This document shows positions 35,792 to 45,859 of a DNA stretch of 64,000 nt, one piece after another. The position numbers were made by a program, and so were the translations under genes. Under the pieces are notes generated by a model. That model saw only the letters and a program-made list of their open reading frames with translations, was not told the DNA's origin and ran no database searches. Source of the DNA: Parcubacteria group bacterium Gr01-1014_3 (lineage in GTDB: Bacteria > Patescibacteriota > Minisyncoccia > UBA6257 > WO2-44-18). Where the stretch lies: positions 188,203 to 252,202 of the forward strand of contig VMGF01000001.1 of assembly GCA_007376445.1 (NCBI GenBank), in the 5' to 3' direction. How positions within the stretch are numbered: the stretch's first letter is position 1; the number at the start of each line of letters is the position of its first letter.

Positions 35792-35845
35792 TTGCCAGTA
35801 CTATAAGGCTTTGGTATCATTTTTTCTAGTTCTTAGGAGGTGTCT

Positions 35846-36286
35846 ATGAGACAGGCGCGAATCGCGCTGATTGCGATCTTAGCCGTTACGGCAAGTATTT
35901 TTTCGACTGGATGCTTCTTACTTGGAAAGCAAAAACCCACGAAACAGGAGAGTGCCTGGCCTCCCGAGCGCCTACCAACGCTTTGCGGTGAGCATAAGAA
36001 TGGCGTCTGGACGATGGATGTGGGCAAGTGTGGTTATTGCAGTGGCGAGACTTCAAGTGGCGCGTTCAAGTTCTGCACTAAGTGTGCCGAGCATCTCGGA
36101 GTATGCCAATACTGCGAAAAGCGCCTCAGAATCTGCGATGAATGCACAAAACGAGGCTTCTGCGCATCTGAAACAGGAAAGTGTGAGTATTGCGGAGCAG
36201 AAACGCGCATCGATGCATATCGTATATGCGAATCCTGCGCCTACAAGAAAAATCAGTGCAAGGTGTGCGGTAAGGCTATGAAGTAA
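35846..36286 (+). CDS. Cys-rich lipoprotein with two internal zinc-ribbon-like repeats (seven C-x2-C pairs)
   Basis: AGGAGG 5 nt upstream; lipobox ASIFSTGC; repeated module KCxYC(S/G)xET...(F/Y)(K/R)xCxxCA. Confidence 0.55.
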   Translation: MRQARIALIAILAVTASIFSTGCFLLGKQKPTKQESAWPPERLPTLCGEHKNGVWTMDVGKCGYCSGETSSGAFKFCTKCAEHLGVCQYCEKRLRICDECTKRGFCASETGKCEYCGAETRIDAYRICESCAYKKNQCKVCGKAMK

Positions 36287-36291
36287 GCCTA

Positions 36292-37617
36292 TTACCCGGT
36301 CAGACGACCGGGTTTTTTATTTGCTAAAACCAACGCAATCACCAACCACAACATAATTCTTCCGGGCTGAAGAGTCCAAAGAAAGTGATCGAAAAGACCG
36401 AGCAGTAATAATGCCGAGAGCATTGTTGTGGTAATTAGTAATTGGTCATTGGTCATTGGAGCTTTTTTGAAAATTGAAAATTTAAAATTGAAAATTAATA
36501 AACGTCCCAAAAATATCAAAATTGCCAATAACCCTAAAACGCCTACCTCCGACGCTATCAATAAATAGATATTATGTATCGGCTGCCACTGCCAAACTTC
36601 GTTCATGCCAAAGCGCTGATAAACTTCATTTTTGACCGCGTATAAAACCTGATTACCAACACCTACTCCAAGCGGCCGGCTTTTAATAAGTTCAAATGCC
36701 AGCTGGTTATAAGAAATCCTCTGAGTGACAGACGGTTCGCTGACTGAAACCGCCGCGCGCGGAAAAATATACTGCCCGAAGCTAAAGATCAGCAAAATAG
36801 ATATGGCTACTAAAAATATTGCCAAGCGAATACCTTGCCGGAAATTTTCCCTTGAGAAGATCGCCTTGAGTAAGAAAACTGCGAGGATGAATCCGCCGAC
36901 CAGCCAGGCGGCGCGGGAAAACGCCATCACCAATCCCAGCGAAACTGCGAAAATCGGCAAGCCAAATTTAAGATCGCTCAGAATACCATCTTTGCCTGCG
37001 ACGATCGGTCGTTTTAGCCAAAAATAACAGAGAGAGATCAAACCGAGCAATAAAAACGCGGCAAGAATGTTCGGGTGCGGAAATGTGCCGTAAGCCCGGA
37101 GAATCCGGAAACCTTCCACGACGATCTTCGAAGCGCCTCCGATCGTTGGGCCAACTACCGGCTCGCCCAACCAAATAAGTCCCAGGCTTTTTTGGAAAAT
37201 GAACTGACCGAGTGCGATGACCGATTGAATCACGGCCGCGATCGCTATGCCGCCAAATATCCACTCTGTTTTCAAAAATTCTTTTTGAATAAGAATCGCC
37301 GTGGAGACCGCGGCCAGAATCACTAAGAGCAGTCTCGCGAAACTATAAAGGGCGAGCGGCGCGGAAAAAGCGGAGAAAACTGAAATAAAAGCAATCACTA
37401 AAAATCCGGCAATTGAAATATTGGAAAATTTAAAAATTGATTTAAAATTTAAAATTAAAAATTTAAAATTACCAAATACTAAAAGTAATAAAACTAAGTC
37501 GCTCAGATATAGAAAAAAAGACTCGTACTCATCAAACCCCGGCGTGATATGGCCAAGCAGTTTTCTTGTGCCAAAAGTCAGAATAACTATCGAAATATAA
37601 ACTAACCATCGGATCAT
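36292..37617 (-). CDS. O-antigen ligase / Wzy-like polytopic membrane protein
   Basis: About 10 TM helices with a large periplasmic loop; carries two in-frame AT-rich repeat inserts. Confidence 0.55.
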   Translation of the reverse strand: MIRWLVYISIVILTFGTRKLLGHITPGFDEYESFFLYLSDLVLLLLVFGNFKFLILNFKSIFKFSNISIAGFLVIAFISVFSAFSAPLALYSFARLLLVILAAVSTAILIQKEFLKTEWIFGGIAIAAVIQSVIALGQFIFQKSLGLIWLGEPVVGPTIGGASKIVVEGFRILRAYGTFPHPNILAAFLLLGLISLCYFWLKRPIVAGKDGILSDLKFGLPIFAVSLGLVMAFSRAAWLVGGFILAVFLLKAIFSRENFRQGIRLAIFLVAISILLIFSFGQYIFPRAAVSVSEPSVTQRISYNQLAFELIKSRPLGVGVGNQVLYAVKNEVYQRFGMNEVWQWQPIHNIYLLIASEVGVLGLLAILIFLGRLLIFNFKFSIFKKAPMTNDQLLITTTMLSALLLLGLFDHFLWTLQPGRIMLWLVIALVLANKKPGRLTG

Positions 37618-37624
37618 CTTCTAA

Positions 37625-38761
37625 TTATAACCGGGAAACGATTTGGTGTATCAGCACTACCGAAAAAACTGAAACGAGAGCCCAAGCTAAAGGCGAGAAG
37701 CGGCCTTTTAACTTCTGCCACATCAGGGCGATCATAATCCCCTCAATGGACAATAAGATTCCTCCAACCAAACTGATCAAGCCAAGAAAACTGGATAAAT
37801 TCGCGAAATATAAACCCAGCGGCACTCCGAGCACCGCCAAGACCATCAGCCAAGACGGGAATTTCAAATCCGTCTTAAGAACATGCTTAATATCAAAACC
37901 AGCTGCGACATAAGAACTTAATAATGAGATGATCCCTAAAACCCCGATGGTCAGTGCTAGCCAGTTCGGTACCCGCCCATCGGCGGGCAAGCTTGCCGAC
38001 AAGCCAGTAATTGAATCTTCGCTCGCGATTGGCGTCAAACCGATCATACCAATCACAAACAATCCATAAACAACGGCCGGGATGATCGTGCCTAGCGAAA
38101 TAGCCAGACTCGCTTTTTTGAGAGGTTCCTTTTCTCCACGAAAAAGATCGGCGACGGCGTGTAGGCCAACGCGCCCGGAAAGCGCGAACAGGATCGGCGC
38201 GATCGGCGCCAAAAGACCAAGCGAACCACTGCTTAAAAAAGAAAATTCGTTCAGCCTAGCAAAACCAAGATAATGCACCAGAATAATGATCGCTAAGATC
38301 AGAATAGCGATAATGAATTCGATGGAAGCCAGCCGACGCAAACCGATAAAAATTATTGCAGAGCCGAAAAGCCAAAAGATGACCACCTTCAACCAGTCAG
38401 CGATACCCGGGAATAATAAGTTCGCAAAGCTGACTGACAGAATAAGATAAATCGTCAAAACTAAAAATATCTCCACCACCGCTATTAAGATCGCCAGCCA
38501 AAATCCGCCCTTACCGAAATATTTTTCTGAAAAACCCACAAAACGGTGCTCGGCTTTTGAGCTGAAGATAATTTCCGCGTACATCCGGTGAATGATGGTG
38601 TATACCAGGGCGGCCAGCGCCAAATAAAAAAATCCGAGCTTAAAACTCGAATTCTGGAAAACATACGGAAGGGCAAAAACTCCCGCGCCGATGATCGTGC
38701 TGACCAATAAACCGGTCGCCAGAAAGAAATTTTTAATGGTCTTCGTCATCCCGCGCGGCAA
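37625..38761 (-). CDS. amino-acid permease-like transporter (APC/aromatic amino acid family)
   Basis: TIIGAGVFALP motif and about 10 TM helices. Confidence 0.5.
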   Translation of the reverse strand: MPRGMTKTIKNFFLATGLLVSTIIGAGVFALPYVFQNSSFKLGFFYLALAALVYTIIHRMYAEIIFSSKAEHRFVGFSEKYFGKGGFWLAILIAVVEIFLVLTIYLILSVSFANLLFPGIADWLKVVIFWLFGSAIIFIGLRRLASIEFIIAILILAIIILVHYLGFARLNEFSFLSSGSLGLLAPIAPILFALSGRVGLHAVADLFRGEKEPLKKASLAISLGTIIPAVVYGLFVIGMIGLTPIASEDSITGLSASLPADGRVPNWLALTIGVLGIISLLSSYVAAGFDIKHVLKTDLKFPSWLMVLAVLGVPLGLYFANLSSFLGLISLVGGILLSIEGIMIALMWQKLKGRFSPLAWALVSVFSVVLIHQIVSRL

Positions 38762-39245
38762 CGCCCTGGAGCTTCTTCACAAATTTATGCTCGATGTACC
38801 ACATCACCACCAGCACGAAGATCGTTAAAGCCGTTGAAAAAAGAGCGATCGAATACAGCTTATAACCTACTGCCATGCCGATCGCCGCCGCTACCCAGAG
38901 TCCGGCCGCGGTCGTTAAGCCCTTCACCTTGGACTGACTAAAAATGATCGAACCGCCGCCGATAAAACCGATACCGACAACGACCTGGGAAGCGATACGA
39001 GATGGATCAAATCCTGACAATCCGATCAAGGATTTAAACCCGTAATTGGAAATAACTGAAAACATCGCCGCTCCAAGCGCTACCAGCGCGAATGTGCGCA
39101 TACCAGCGGTTTTTTTGGCTAATTCTCTTTCAAAACCGATCAGTCCACCCAATAAAACAGCCAAGGAAAGCTGCATGAAGATCTCTAAGATATCGCGCTC
39201 GGTTCCCGTAAATATTCCAGAAAGAAAATTTAATATAAAATCCAT
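38733..39245 (-). CDS. MgtC/SapB family membrane protein
   Basis: LAVLLGGLIGFERELAKKTAGMRTFALVALG. Confidence 0.7.
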   Translation of the reverse strand: MDFILNFLSGIFTGTERDILEIFMQLSLAVLLGGLIGFERELAKKTAGMRTFALVALGAAMFSVISNYGFKSLIGLSGFDPSRIASQVVVGIGFIGGGSIIFSQSKVKGLTTAAGLWVAAAIGMAVGYKLYSIALFSTALTIFVLVVMWYIEHKFVKKLQGVAARDDEDH

Positions 39246-39246
39246 T

Positions 39247-39576
39247 TTATTTTACTTCGTAGACCTCATCACCCTGGCGGACCTTGTCATCCACTTTAAT
39301 ACCCACATCCTGGCCTTTTTTGGCCACGGGGACGGATTTATGATTGTACTGCATCTCTTTTATGACCTGTTCAAAATCAGTGGTCGCGCCACGGAAATTC
39401 ACTTTGACGCCAACTTTCACCAGTTTTTTAAATTTCACGATCGCGACTTCAATGTTGCCGTAGAAATGAGTGACTGCGCCGATCGGCTTTTCACGCTTGA
39501 TCGCCTTAACTTTCGGTTTAGCTTTTTTCACAACTTTCTTTTTTATAACTTTCTTCTTCATGGTATTTATTCGCAA
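39247..39576 (-). CDS. Lys-rich hypothetical protein with a beta-barrel C-terminal domain
   Basis: 109 aa; KKKVIKKKVVKKAKPKVK N-terminus. Confidence 0.35.
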   Translation of the reverse strand: MRINTMKKKVIKKKVVKKAKPKVKAIKREKPIGAVTHFYGNIEVAIVKFKKLVKVGVKVNFRGATTDFEQVIKEMQYNHKSVPVAKKGQDVGIKVDDKVRQGDEVYEVK

Positions 39577-39604
39577 TATTAATTTTTTATTTGTACATTC
39601 GCGA

Positions 39605-40198
39605 TTACTTGGTTTTATGATATCCGTTTTTTTCTTTATCTTTATCTATAAGAGCGATGACTTTTTCCAGTAACTGCTTCGGGTTTGAATCAAAGACTAC
39701 TTTACCCGGACCGCGATGCGATTTCTCCACGATGTCTTTCAGAGAATCCGCCATCCCGCCTGTGCCCGTGAGCACTCCGATCGGTTTATTATCTTCAAAA
39801 GCAATCGTGAATTCGTTAAGCGTTCCCATGCGGCCGCAGATCGTGATTACCGCGTCCGCCGCCCTGGTTAAAAGTAGGTTACGGCCAGAATAATCGAAAC
39901 CGGTATATATAATGAGGTCCATATAATCCATCGGAAGCTTGTACGACTTGATATGGGCTAATTCCGAGGACGCCGGTGAAAGACCGATAGAAATACCACC
40001 AGCCTCTTTCGCGCCCTTGGCTGACCAATAGGGAATGCCGGTAGTCGCGCCGGTAACCGTCACCATTCCGGCTCTGGCGATCTCTCTGCCCAGCTCTTCG
40101 GCTTTCTCTACCGCGTCGATAGCGCAATGGCCAGTTTCGGCCGCGCCGGAAACGGCTATTTTATATTTCAGATGGTTTCGCTGACTCAACTTAGACAT
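39605..40198 (-). CDS. LOG/TIGR00725-family Rossmann-fold protein
   Basis: AVSGAAETGHCAI...GMVTVTGATTGIPYW...ICGRMGTLNEF pattern. Confidence 0.5.
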   Translation of the reverse strand: MSKLSQRNHLKYKIAVSGAAETGHCAIDAVEKAEELGREIARAGMVTVTGATTGIPYWSAKGAKEAGGISIGLSPASSELAHIKSYKLPMDYMDLIIYTGFDYSGRNLLLTRAADAVITICGRMGTLNEFTIAFEDNKPIGVLTGTGGMADSLKDIVEKSHRGPGKVVFDSNPKQLLEKVIALIDKDKEKNGYHKTK

Positions 40199-40200
40199 AT

Positions 40201-41595
40201 CTAAATTATATCATACGAATCCCCCTGGGCTGGAATCTCCACGCTCACCGCGAGATCATCAACCAGCTTCTGCTTTAAGCCAGTTTGATTGTCCGATTCG
40301 CCGTGCGTCAGAAAAACTTTCTTAACTTTCTGCCGAATCGGACCTAGCCACTCTAAAAGCTGGGGCTGGTCGGCATGAGCGGAATAACCGCCGATGGTTT
40401 TGATCTGGCATCGCACCGCGATTTTCTCGCCAAATATAGAAACTTCCTTTTCACCGTTCAAGAGCCGCCGCCCTAGCGTGCCTTCGGCCTGATAGCCGAT
40501 AATCAGCAGGGAATTATTTGGATCGGAAAGATATAGCTTTTCATGATGCAAGATCCGGCCGGCATTAGACATGCCCGCGCCGGCGATGATCACTTTCGGC
40601 GGTGGAACTTTATTAATATGTTTCGATTCCTCGGTAGTCAGGGTCATTCTCAAGCCAGGGAATTTAAAAAGCTCGTCGCCGGACTTCATCTGTTTCATCG
40701 AAGCCGCGTCCCAATATTTATGATGGCGGTTATAAACTTCGGTCAGCTTGATGGCGAGCGGACTATCCAGATAAATCGGTATCTTGGGAATCCGGTCATT
40801 TTCTACCAGCTCGTTCAATTCATATAGAAGCTCTTGGGTGCGCTCCATCGCGAAAGCCGGAATCATCAATATTCCCTTCCGCCGCACGGTATCTTCGATC
40901 ATGTCTTCCAGCACACTTTTCCTTTCCACCATCGGTTCATGAACTCGATTGCCGTAAGTTGATTCAATGACGCAATAATCCACGTCTTCCGGCGGATCCT
41001 GGCGTTTACCGATGATCGGCGCTGGAGAGTTGCCAAGATCTCCGGAGAAAAGAATTTTTATTGCTTGCCCTGAGCCCGTCGAAGGGGCCTCTATAATTAC
41101 AAAAGCGGAGCCCAAAATATGACCGGCGTTATAAAAGGTGACGGTAAATTTCCCAACCTTGGTCGGCTGGAGATATTCGGCGGTCTGCCAGCGAGTCATC
41201 AGCTCCTCTACCTCGCGGATTCCATAGAGATACGGCATTTGAAACCGCTCGGCCGCTTCGATTAGGATATGCTCAGAATCCAAAAGTAAAAGATTTCCGA
41301 AATCTTTGGCTGGCGGAGTGGAAAGAACAGTTCCACGAAAACCATCCCTATAAAGCTTGGGAAGCAAACCGATATGATCCACGTGCGGATGCGTCACGAT
41401 CACCGCGGAAATTTCTTTCGGGTTATACGGAAATGGATCGAAGTTGTGCTTCTCCACGAAACTGCTGCCTTGATGAAGACCGCAATCAATCAAAATCTTT
41501 TCTGGCCCTGAGCCCGTCGAAGGGTCGCCGTCCAGCTCAAGTAAATAATTGGATCCTGTAACTTGCTGTGCCGCCCCGTGAAATGTAAGTTTCAT
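40201..41595 (-). CDS. MBL-fold beta-CASP RNA-metabolising hydrolase, with two 21-nt (7-aa PSTGSG) insertions
   Basis: VTHPHVDHIGLLP metal motif; DPSTGSGP and APSTGSGQ are encoded by copies of the dispersed motif. Confidence 0.7.
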   Translation of the reverse strand: MKLTFHGAAQQVTGSNYLLELDGDPSTGSGPEKILIDCGLHQGSSFVEKHNFDPFPYNPKEISAVIVTHPHVDHIGLLPKLYRDGFRGTVLSTPPAKDFGNLLLLDSEHILIEAAERFQMPYLYGIREVEELMTRWQTAEYLQPTKVGKFTVTFYNAGHILGSAFVIIEAPSTGSGQAIKILFSGDLGNSPAPIIGKRQDPPEDVDYCVIESTYGNRVHEPMVERKSVLEDMIEDTVRRKGILMIPAFAMERTQELLYELNELVENDRIPKIPIYLDSPLAIKLTEVYNRHHKYWDAASMKQMKSGDELFKFPGLRMTLTTEESKHINKVPPPKVIIAGAGMSNAGRILHHEKLYLSDPNNSLLIIGYQAEGTLGRRLLNGEKEVSIFGEKIAVRCQIKTIGGYSAHADQPQLLEWLGPIRQKVKKVFLTHGESDNQTGLKQKLVDDLAVSVEIPAQGDSYDII

Positions 41596-41722
41596 CCCGT
41601 TAGAGGCAGACTGCCATTAGGCAGTCGTACTTTGGCCGTTTATTTTTAGTCGACATATTAATTGTATATACCATAGCATTATACATTGAATTCTTATTGC
41701 CTCTAACGGGATTTCATTCCAT

Positions 41723-42952
41723 CTACTTTAGTTCCTCTTCCACAATCCCACGCTCGTCCCACGGAATAGCTTTGCCGCCAGCGATGTGGAGCCAGGACTC
41801 ACTACCTTTGCCGGTGATTATCACGGTATCGCCTTTTTTCGCCGACCGGATGGCTTTATGAATGGCTTCGCGGCGATCCAGTACTACATGCAGATTAGAA
41901 ATCGGAAATTTAGAGTTAAGAACTCCAGATTTTATATCGGCTAAAATCTGTTCCGGATCTTCATCGTAAGGATCTTCGTTGGTCAGAAAAATCTCGCGGC
42001 AATATCTGGCCGCCGACTCCCCCATCACCGGCCGTTTCCATTTATCGCGCCCACCGCCCGCGGCCCCGAGAACGCAAATTAACTTCTTCGTTTTATTTTT
42101 ATCCTCTGAAAGTCCCCGATAAAGTTTTTCCAGCGAATCTGGCGTATGCGCGTAATCCACGATTACCCGGAAAGGTTCGGTCTGGATAATTTCCATTCTC
42201 CCCGGCACGCCTTTAAAATTCTCCAGAGTTTTATGGATCTTATCCCAGCCGATACCCTGTGATTCCGCGAAAGCCGTGGCGGCGGCGGCATTTTCCAGAT
42301 TAAAACTATTCCCGATCCAGTCACTGACCGAATCCCGGCCATTATCCAGCTTTTTCTCAATGAAGTCCTCTCGGCTGAAATAAATCGTGCGGCCGGCGCC
42401 AGCTACCAAGTTGGCAAAATATTCCCGCGCCGGATCTTCTTCGTTGATGATGAAAAGTTTTTTAGCTTTGCGGGAATCTTTGGCGGCGTAGCGGAAAAAT
42501 TCCAATTTGGCGTTGCGGTATTTATCAAAAGAACCGTGAGCTTCGATGTGCTCTTTGTGAAGATTCAAAAACATCGCCGCGTCCCAATCGATAAAGCGAT
42601 GCCGGTGCTGAAGCGTGCCCTGCGAGGTGACTTCAATGATCGCGTACTCACAGCCTTTATTCACCGCCCGTCGGAGCAAGCTCTGAATAAAAAACCGGCC
42701 GGGCATAGTCATGGAAGTAGCGTTTTTCACGCTCTCATCGCCAACCTTAAACCGCACCGAAGAGATCAGCGCTGTTTTTTTACCGGCGGCTTCCAAAATC
42801 GCGTTAATCAGCTCCGCAGTAGTGGATTTACCCTTAGTGCCAGTCACGCCGATCACAAAGAGCTTCCTGGATGGGCGCCCATAAAAAATACTGCCGAGAA
42901 GTGCCAGTGTGTAGTGATATATATTTTTGAAAAAAGAAAACATCGCTTTCAA
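41723..42952 (-). CDS. Mur ligase family protein (MurE-like, short N-terminus)
   Basis: GVTGTKGKSTT P-loop, DYAHTPDSLEKLY, C-terminal LGAAGGGRDKWKRPVMG. Confidence 0.6.
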   Translation of the reverse strand: MKAMFSFFKNIYHYTLALLGSIFYGRPSRKLFVIGVTGTKGKSTTAELINAILEAAGKKTALISSVRFKVGDESVKNATSMTMPGRFFIQSLLRRAVNKGCEYAIIEVTSQGTLQHRHRFIDWDAAMFLNLHKEHIEAHGSFDKYRNAKLEFFRYAAKDSRKAKKLFIINEEDPAREYFANLVAGAGRTIYFSREDFIEKKLDNGRDSVSDWIGNSFNLENAAAATAFAESQGIGWDKIHKTLENFKGVPGRMEIIQTEPFRVIVDYAHTPDSLEKLYRGLSEDKNKTKKLICVLGAAGGGRDKWKRPVMGESAARYCREIFLTNEDPYDEDPEQILADIKSGVLNSKFPISNLHVVLDRREAIHKAIRSAKKGDTVIITGKGSESWLHIAGGKAIPWDERGIVEEELK

Positions 42953-42958
42953 GGTAAA

Positions 42959-43540
42959 TTAACCCTTCGTTTTCTTCAAGGCTTCTTTCAGGCGATCTTT
43001 GAAACCGGAAATAGCCGGATCGATCTTAGAGATGGCGATCTTGGCTTGCTGGCGGGAATAGCCAAGGCTAGCGAGAGTTTCTTCGAGCTCTACATCCGAC
43101 TCCATCAGACTCAAGGCTTGGCGGGATTCCGGACCTTCTATGCTTAGTTTTCCTTTAAGATCCAAAACTACCCGCTCGGCGGTCTTTTTACCTACGCCCG
43201 AAGCGCGGGTGAGCAGTTCCACTTTGCCGCCATTGATCGCCGCCACCAGCTGATCGATCTTGGTGACGCTCAAAATGCCGAGAGCCGACTTTGGACCGAC
43301 GCCGTTAACCGAGATCAGCCTCTCAAAAAGCCGTAATTCCGCTTCGCTAGCGAAGCCATAAAGATCCAGGCCGTCTTGCTTGAGGTTTAGATAAGAAAAA
43401 ACTTTGACCTGACTGCCTATCGGTGGTAAACTTTGGGCGACATTTTCGGCGACAAACAGCTTGTAGCCAACTCCTCCCGCTTCAACCACGATGAGGTTTT
43501 CCCGCTTCAAGCTGAGGGTCCCGGAAACCGAATAAATCAT
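42959..43540 (-). CDS. ruvA: Holliday-junction helicase subunit RuvA
   Basis: MIYSVSGTL...VGYKLFV OB domain, HhH pairs, C-terminal domain III. Confidence 0.85.
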   Translation of the reverse strand: MIYSVSGTLSLKRENLIVVEAGGVGYKLFVAENVAQSLPPIGSQVKVFSYLNLKQDGLDLYGFASEAELRLFERLISVNGVGPKSALGILSVTKIDQLVAAINGGKVELLTRASGVGKKTAERVVLDLKGKLSIEGPESRQALSLMESDVELEETLASLGYSRQQAKIAISKIDPAISGFKDRLKEALKKTKG

Positions 43541-43561
43541 ACTTTCAGTATACTATGACAA

Positions 43562-45385
43562 ATGACAAACGACATGTTCAAACTAGTCTCAAGTTTTAAA
43601 CCAAAAGGCGACCAGCCGCAGGCGATAGAAAAGCTGGTCAACGGCATCGACACCGGTCATATAAACCAGGTGCTTTTGGGCGTGACCGGCTCCGGCAAGA
43701 CTTTCACGATGGCCTCGGTCATCGAAAAAGTCGGCCAGCCGACCCTGATCATCTCACCAAATAAGATCCTGGCCGCCCAGCTTTACCAGGAATTTAAGCA
43801 GTTCTTCCCGCACAACGCCGTGCATTATTTCGTATCTTACTACGACTATTACCAGCCGGAAGCCTTCATTCCGCAAACCAATACATATATACAGAAGGAC
43901 GCGCGCATCAACGCCGAGATCGATAAGCTCCGACATGCCGCCATTCAGAGCGTGCTTTCTAGAAAAGACACCATCGTCATCGCTTCGGTGTCTTGTATTT
44001 ACGGCATCGGCGACCCGGATGAATATAGCCGCGCTCGGCTGGAGCTTAATGTTGGTCAAACCCTTGCCACCTCCGATCTCTTCCGCCATTTAAACTTCCT
44101 TCAATATATGAGAAACGACGCGGACTCTAAGCTCGGCGAATTTTCCGTGAGCGGCAATAAAATTAAAATTCATCTGGTCACTGATGAGATTATCGAGATA
44201 GTTGTCGAAAAAAAGAAGGTTGCTTCAATCAAAAAAATCGTCGACGTGAATTCTTCAAGCCCTATACCCTATACGTTAAACGCTATTCAGATCTTTCCAG
44301 CCAAATTCTGGGTCACTCCGCAAAATAAAATGAGGCTGGCTCTTCAAAATATCCGGACCGAGATGGATGAGCGCGTGGAAGAATTGCAATCCGCCGGAAA
44401 ATTCGAAGAAGCCGAGCGTATTGAAAAGCGGACTATGTTCGACTTGGAAATGCTGGAAAAGAAAGGCCATATCAACGGCATCGAAAATTATTCTCGTCAT
44501 ATGGGATTCCGAAAACCAGGTGAGCCGCCGATGACCCTGATCGATTATTTCCCGAAACCGTTTTTGTTATTTATCGACGAATCTCACATCACGATGCCCC
44601 AGCTAAACGCGATGTCGGCTGGCGATCGTCAGCGCAAAGGCACCCTGGTTGATTATGGTTTCCGCCTGCCATCAGCCATCGACAACCGGCCATTAAGATT
44701 TGATGAATTCAGATCGAAAGTCGGCCAGGTCATTCATGTCTCCGCCACACCAGGTCCATATGAAATGGAGATCAGCCAGCAAACTGCCGAACAGATGGTC
44801 AGGCCAACGGGTATTTTAGACCCGGAGATCCGCATCAGCCCGGCCAAAGAGCAGGTGAAGCATTTGCTGACGGAAATTCAAAAACGCATTAAAAGTAATG
44901 AGCGCGTGCTGGCTTTGACTTTGACCAAGCGCTCCGCTGAAGATCTGACCGAATACCTTTTACAAAATGGCATTAAAACAAAATATCTGCACTCGGATAT
45001 TAAAACGCTGAAGCGGCCGGAAATTTTGTCGGCTTTGCGCCGAGGCGAGATCGATGTGCTCGTCGGCGTGAACTTGCTCCGCGAAGGCTTGGACTTGCCG
45101 GAGGTTAGCTTGGTCGCGATCTTAGACGCGGACCGGGAAGGATTTTTGCGAAACTATCGTGGACTGATCCAGATGGCCGGCCGCGCGGCCCGATCCATCA
45201 ACGGCCAGGTAATCTTGTACGCCGACCTAATGACCGACTCTATTAAAAAGACTATCTCGGAAACTGTGCGCCGACGGCAGATCCAGATCAAGTTCAATAA
45301 AAAAATCGGCATGGTGCCGACTGCTTTGAATAAGCCGATTATGGAAGATCGGCTGACTCAGCTTTCGAATTTAGACGCGGAATAG
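43562..45385 (+). CDS. uvrB: excinuclease ABC subunit B (C-terminally short)
   Basis: GVTGSGKTFTMA, YVSYYDYYQPEA, helicase motifs; 607 aa. Confidence 0.9.
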   Translation: MTNDMFKLVSSFKPKGDQPQAIEKLVNGIDTGHINQVLLGVTGSGKTFTMASVIEKVGQPTLIISPNKILAAQLYQEFKQFFPHNAVHYFVSYYDYYQPEAFIPQTNTYIQKDARINAEIDKLRHAAIQSVLSRKDTIVIASVSCIYGIGDPDEYSRARLELNVGQTLATSDLFRHLNFLQYMRNDADSKLGEFSVSGNKIKIHLVTDEIIEIVVEKKKVASIKKIVDVNSSSPIPYTLNAIQIFPAKFWVTPQNKMRLALQNIRTEMDERVEELQSAGKFEEAERIEKRTMFDLEMLEKKGHINGIENYSRHMGFRKPGEPPMTLIDYFPKPFLLFIDESHITMPQLNAMSAGDRQRKGTLVDYGFRLPSAIDNRPLRFDEFRSKVGQVIHVSATPGPYEMEISQQTAEQMVRPTGILDPEIRISPAKEQVKHLLTEIQKRIKSNERVLALTLTKRSAEDLTEYLLQNGIKTKYLHSDIKTLKRPEILSALRRGEIDVLVGVNLLREGLDLPEVSLVAILDADREGFLRNYRGLIQMAGRAARSINGQVILYADLMTDSIKKTISETVRRRQIQIKFNKKIGMVPTALNKPIMEDRLTQLSNLDAE

Positions 45386-45418
45386 AAAAGGCCCGCTTTT
45401 TAAGCGGGCCTTTTTGCT
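45386..45418. terminator. hairpin aaaaggcccgctttttaagcgggcctttttgc
   Basis: 9-bp stem + T-run, bidirectional. Confidence 0.7.
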
Positions 45419-45725
45419 ACTTGGGCTGGAGCTGATCAAGGATCTTGTTCTGCGCGCACTCGAACATTAGCTCCAGAGATTCCGCATTGACGACCTGGAC
45501 ACCGCAGTTCCCATAGGATCGGGAAGGAAGGACGTCGGTCTTGTACTTCTTCAGATCCATTCCGTGACTCTTCGCAAACGTCTCGACCGTCCCTTGTAGG
45601 GCGGCCTCGATGGTTTCGAAGGAGAGAACCTTCCCGGACTCTGCGTCCCTCAGAACATCCTCCCATCCTCCGCGAGGTCCTTCGTCGTAGTCCGGATACG
45701 TGAAAGCGAAAACGATGAGTCGCAT
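45417..45725 (-). CDS. hypothetical protein in a GC-rich islet
   Basis: 102-aa ORF with GC-rich codon usage unlike its neighbours. Confidence 0.4.
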   Translation of the reverse strand: MRLIVFAFTYPDYDEGPRGGWEDVLRDAESGKVLSFETIEAALQGTVETFAKSHGMDLKKYKTDVLPSRSYGNCGVQVVNAESLELMFECAQNKILDQLQPK

Positions 45726-45859
45726 CTGAACCCTCCATGAAAATGTAGTGAGTCTTGTGTTGAAACATTCAACGTTCTGCTTGGATTATAGCATAGTCTT
45801 ATTGTTCTGTCAAGGCACTTGCCCTTAGCCTGTTTTGCGTGTATTCTGTACTTACTTAC

